Shown piece after piece: positions 63,791 to 64,000 of a stretch of DNA of 64,000 nucleotides. The stretch comes from Tubiluchus corallicola (Eukaryota; Animalia; Priapulida): assembly GCA_030141605.1 (NCBI GenBank), contig JAQGDQ010000634.1:58084-122083 (forward strand). Direction: 5' to 3'. The notes below the pieces were generated by a model. That model did no database searches. It worked only from the letters and a program-made list of their open reading frames with translations, and was not told the origin of the DNA. Each line of letters starts with the position of its first letter. The first letter of the stretch is position 1. The position numbers and the translations under genes were made by a program.

Positions 63791-64000
63791 ATGCAAAAGA
63801 CATAAATCGCAACCGAGTTTGTGAACGACATAAACAGCAACGGTGACAAGAAAAGTTGCAGCAGCAACAGCAGTAGCAGCGGTTAAAACGATAACGTAGA
63901 TAGAAGTAGCGATGGCGATGGCGAGGACAACGAGAACGACATCAACAACAACAGTAAAAAGCTGCTTACTGCTGTAGGTGGAGAATTTTATGTTTCAGAG

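Overview
AT-rich animal (invertebrate-like) genomic DNA with GT-AG introns; the bacterial-style ORF track misses most real genes, so exons were rebuilt by hand. From left to right: (1) the last four coding exons of an ABCB1/P-glycoprotein-type transporter, whose introns hold an RTE LINE fragment and a complete, young, TSD-flanked Ty3/gypsy LTR element with the unusual Gmr1 order gag-PR-IN-RT-RH; (2) a complete 14-exon DAZAP1/Hrb27C hnRNP gene with a motif-rich promoter and an intronic pogo/Tigger-type MITE; (3) a tandem array of single-coding-exon class A GPCRs (two intact, one pseudogene); (4) LINE debris and a 3-exon zinc-finger gene with a duplicated, decayed alternative first exon; (5) a three-layer transposon nest ending in an R2-clade retrotransposon (3 zinc fingers + Myb + RT). 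The R2 copy lies outside rDNA, inside the putative gag of an LTR element, and has a densely structured 5' leader. The strongest leads are this non-rDNA R2 with its leader RNA, the Gmr1-type element and the GPCR array. No database searches were run: family calls rest on motif recognition and the species cannot be determined.
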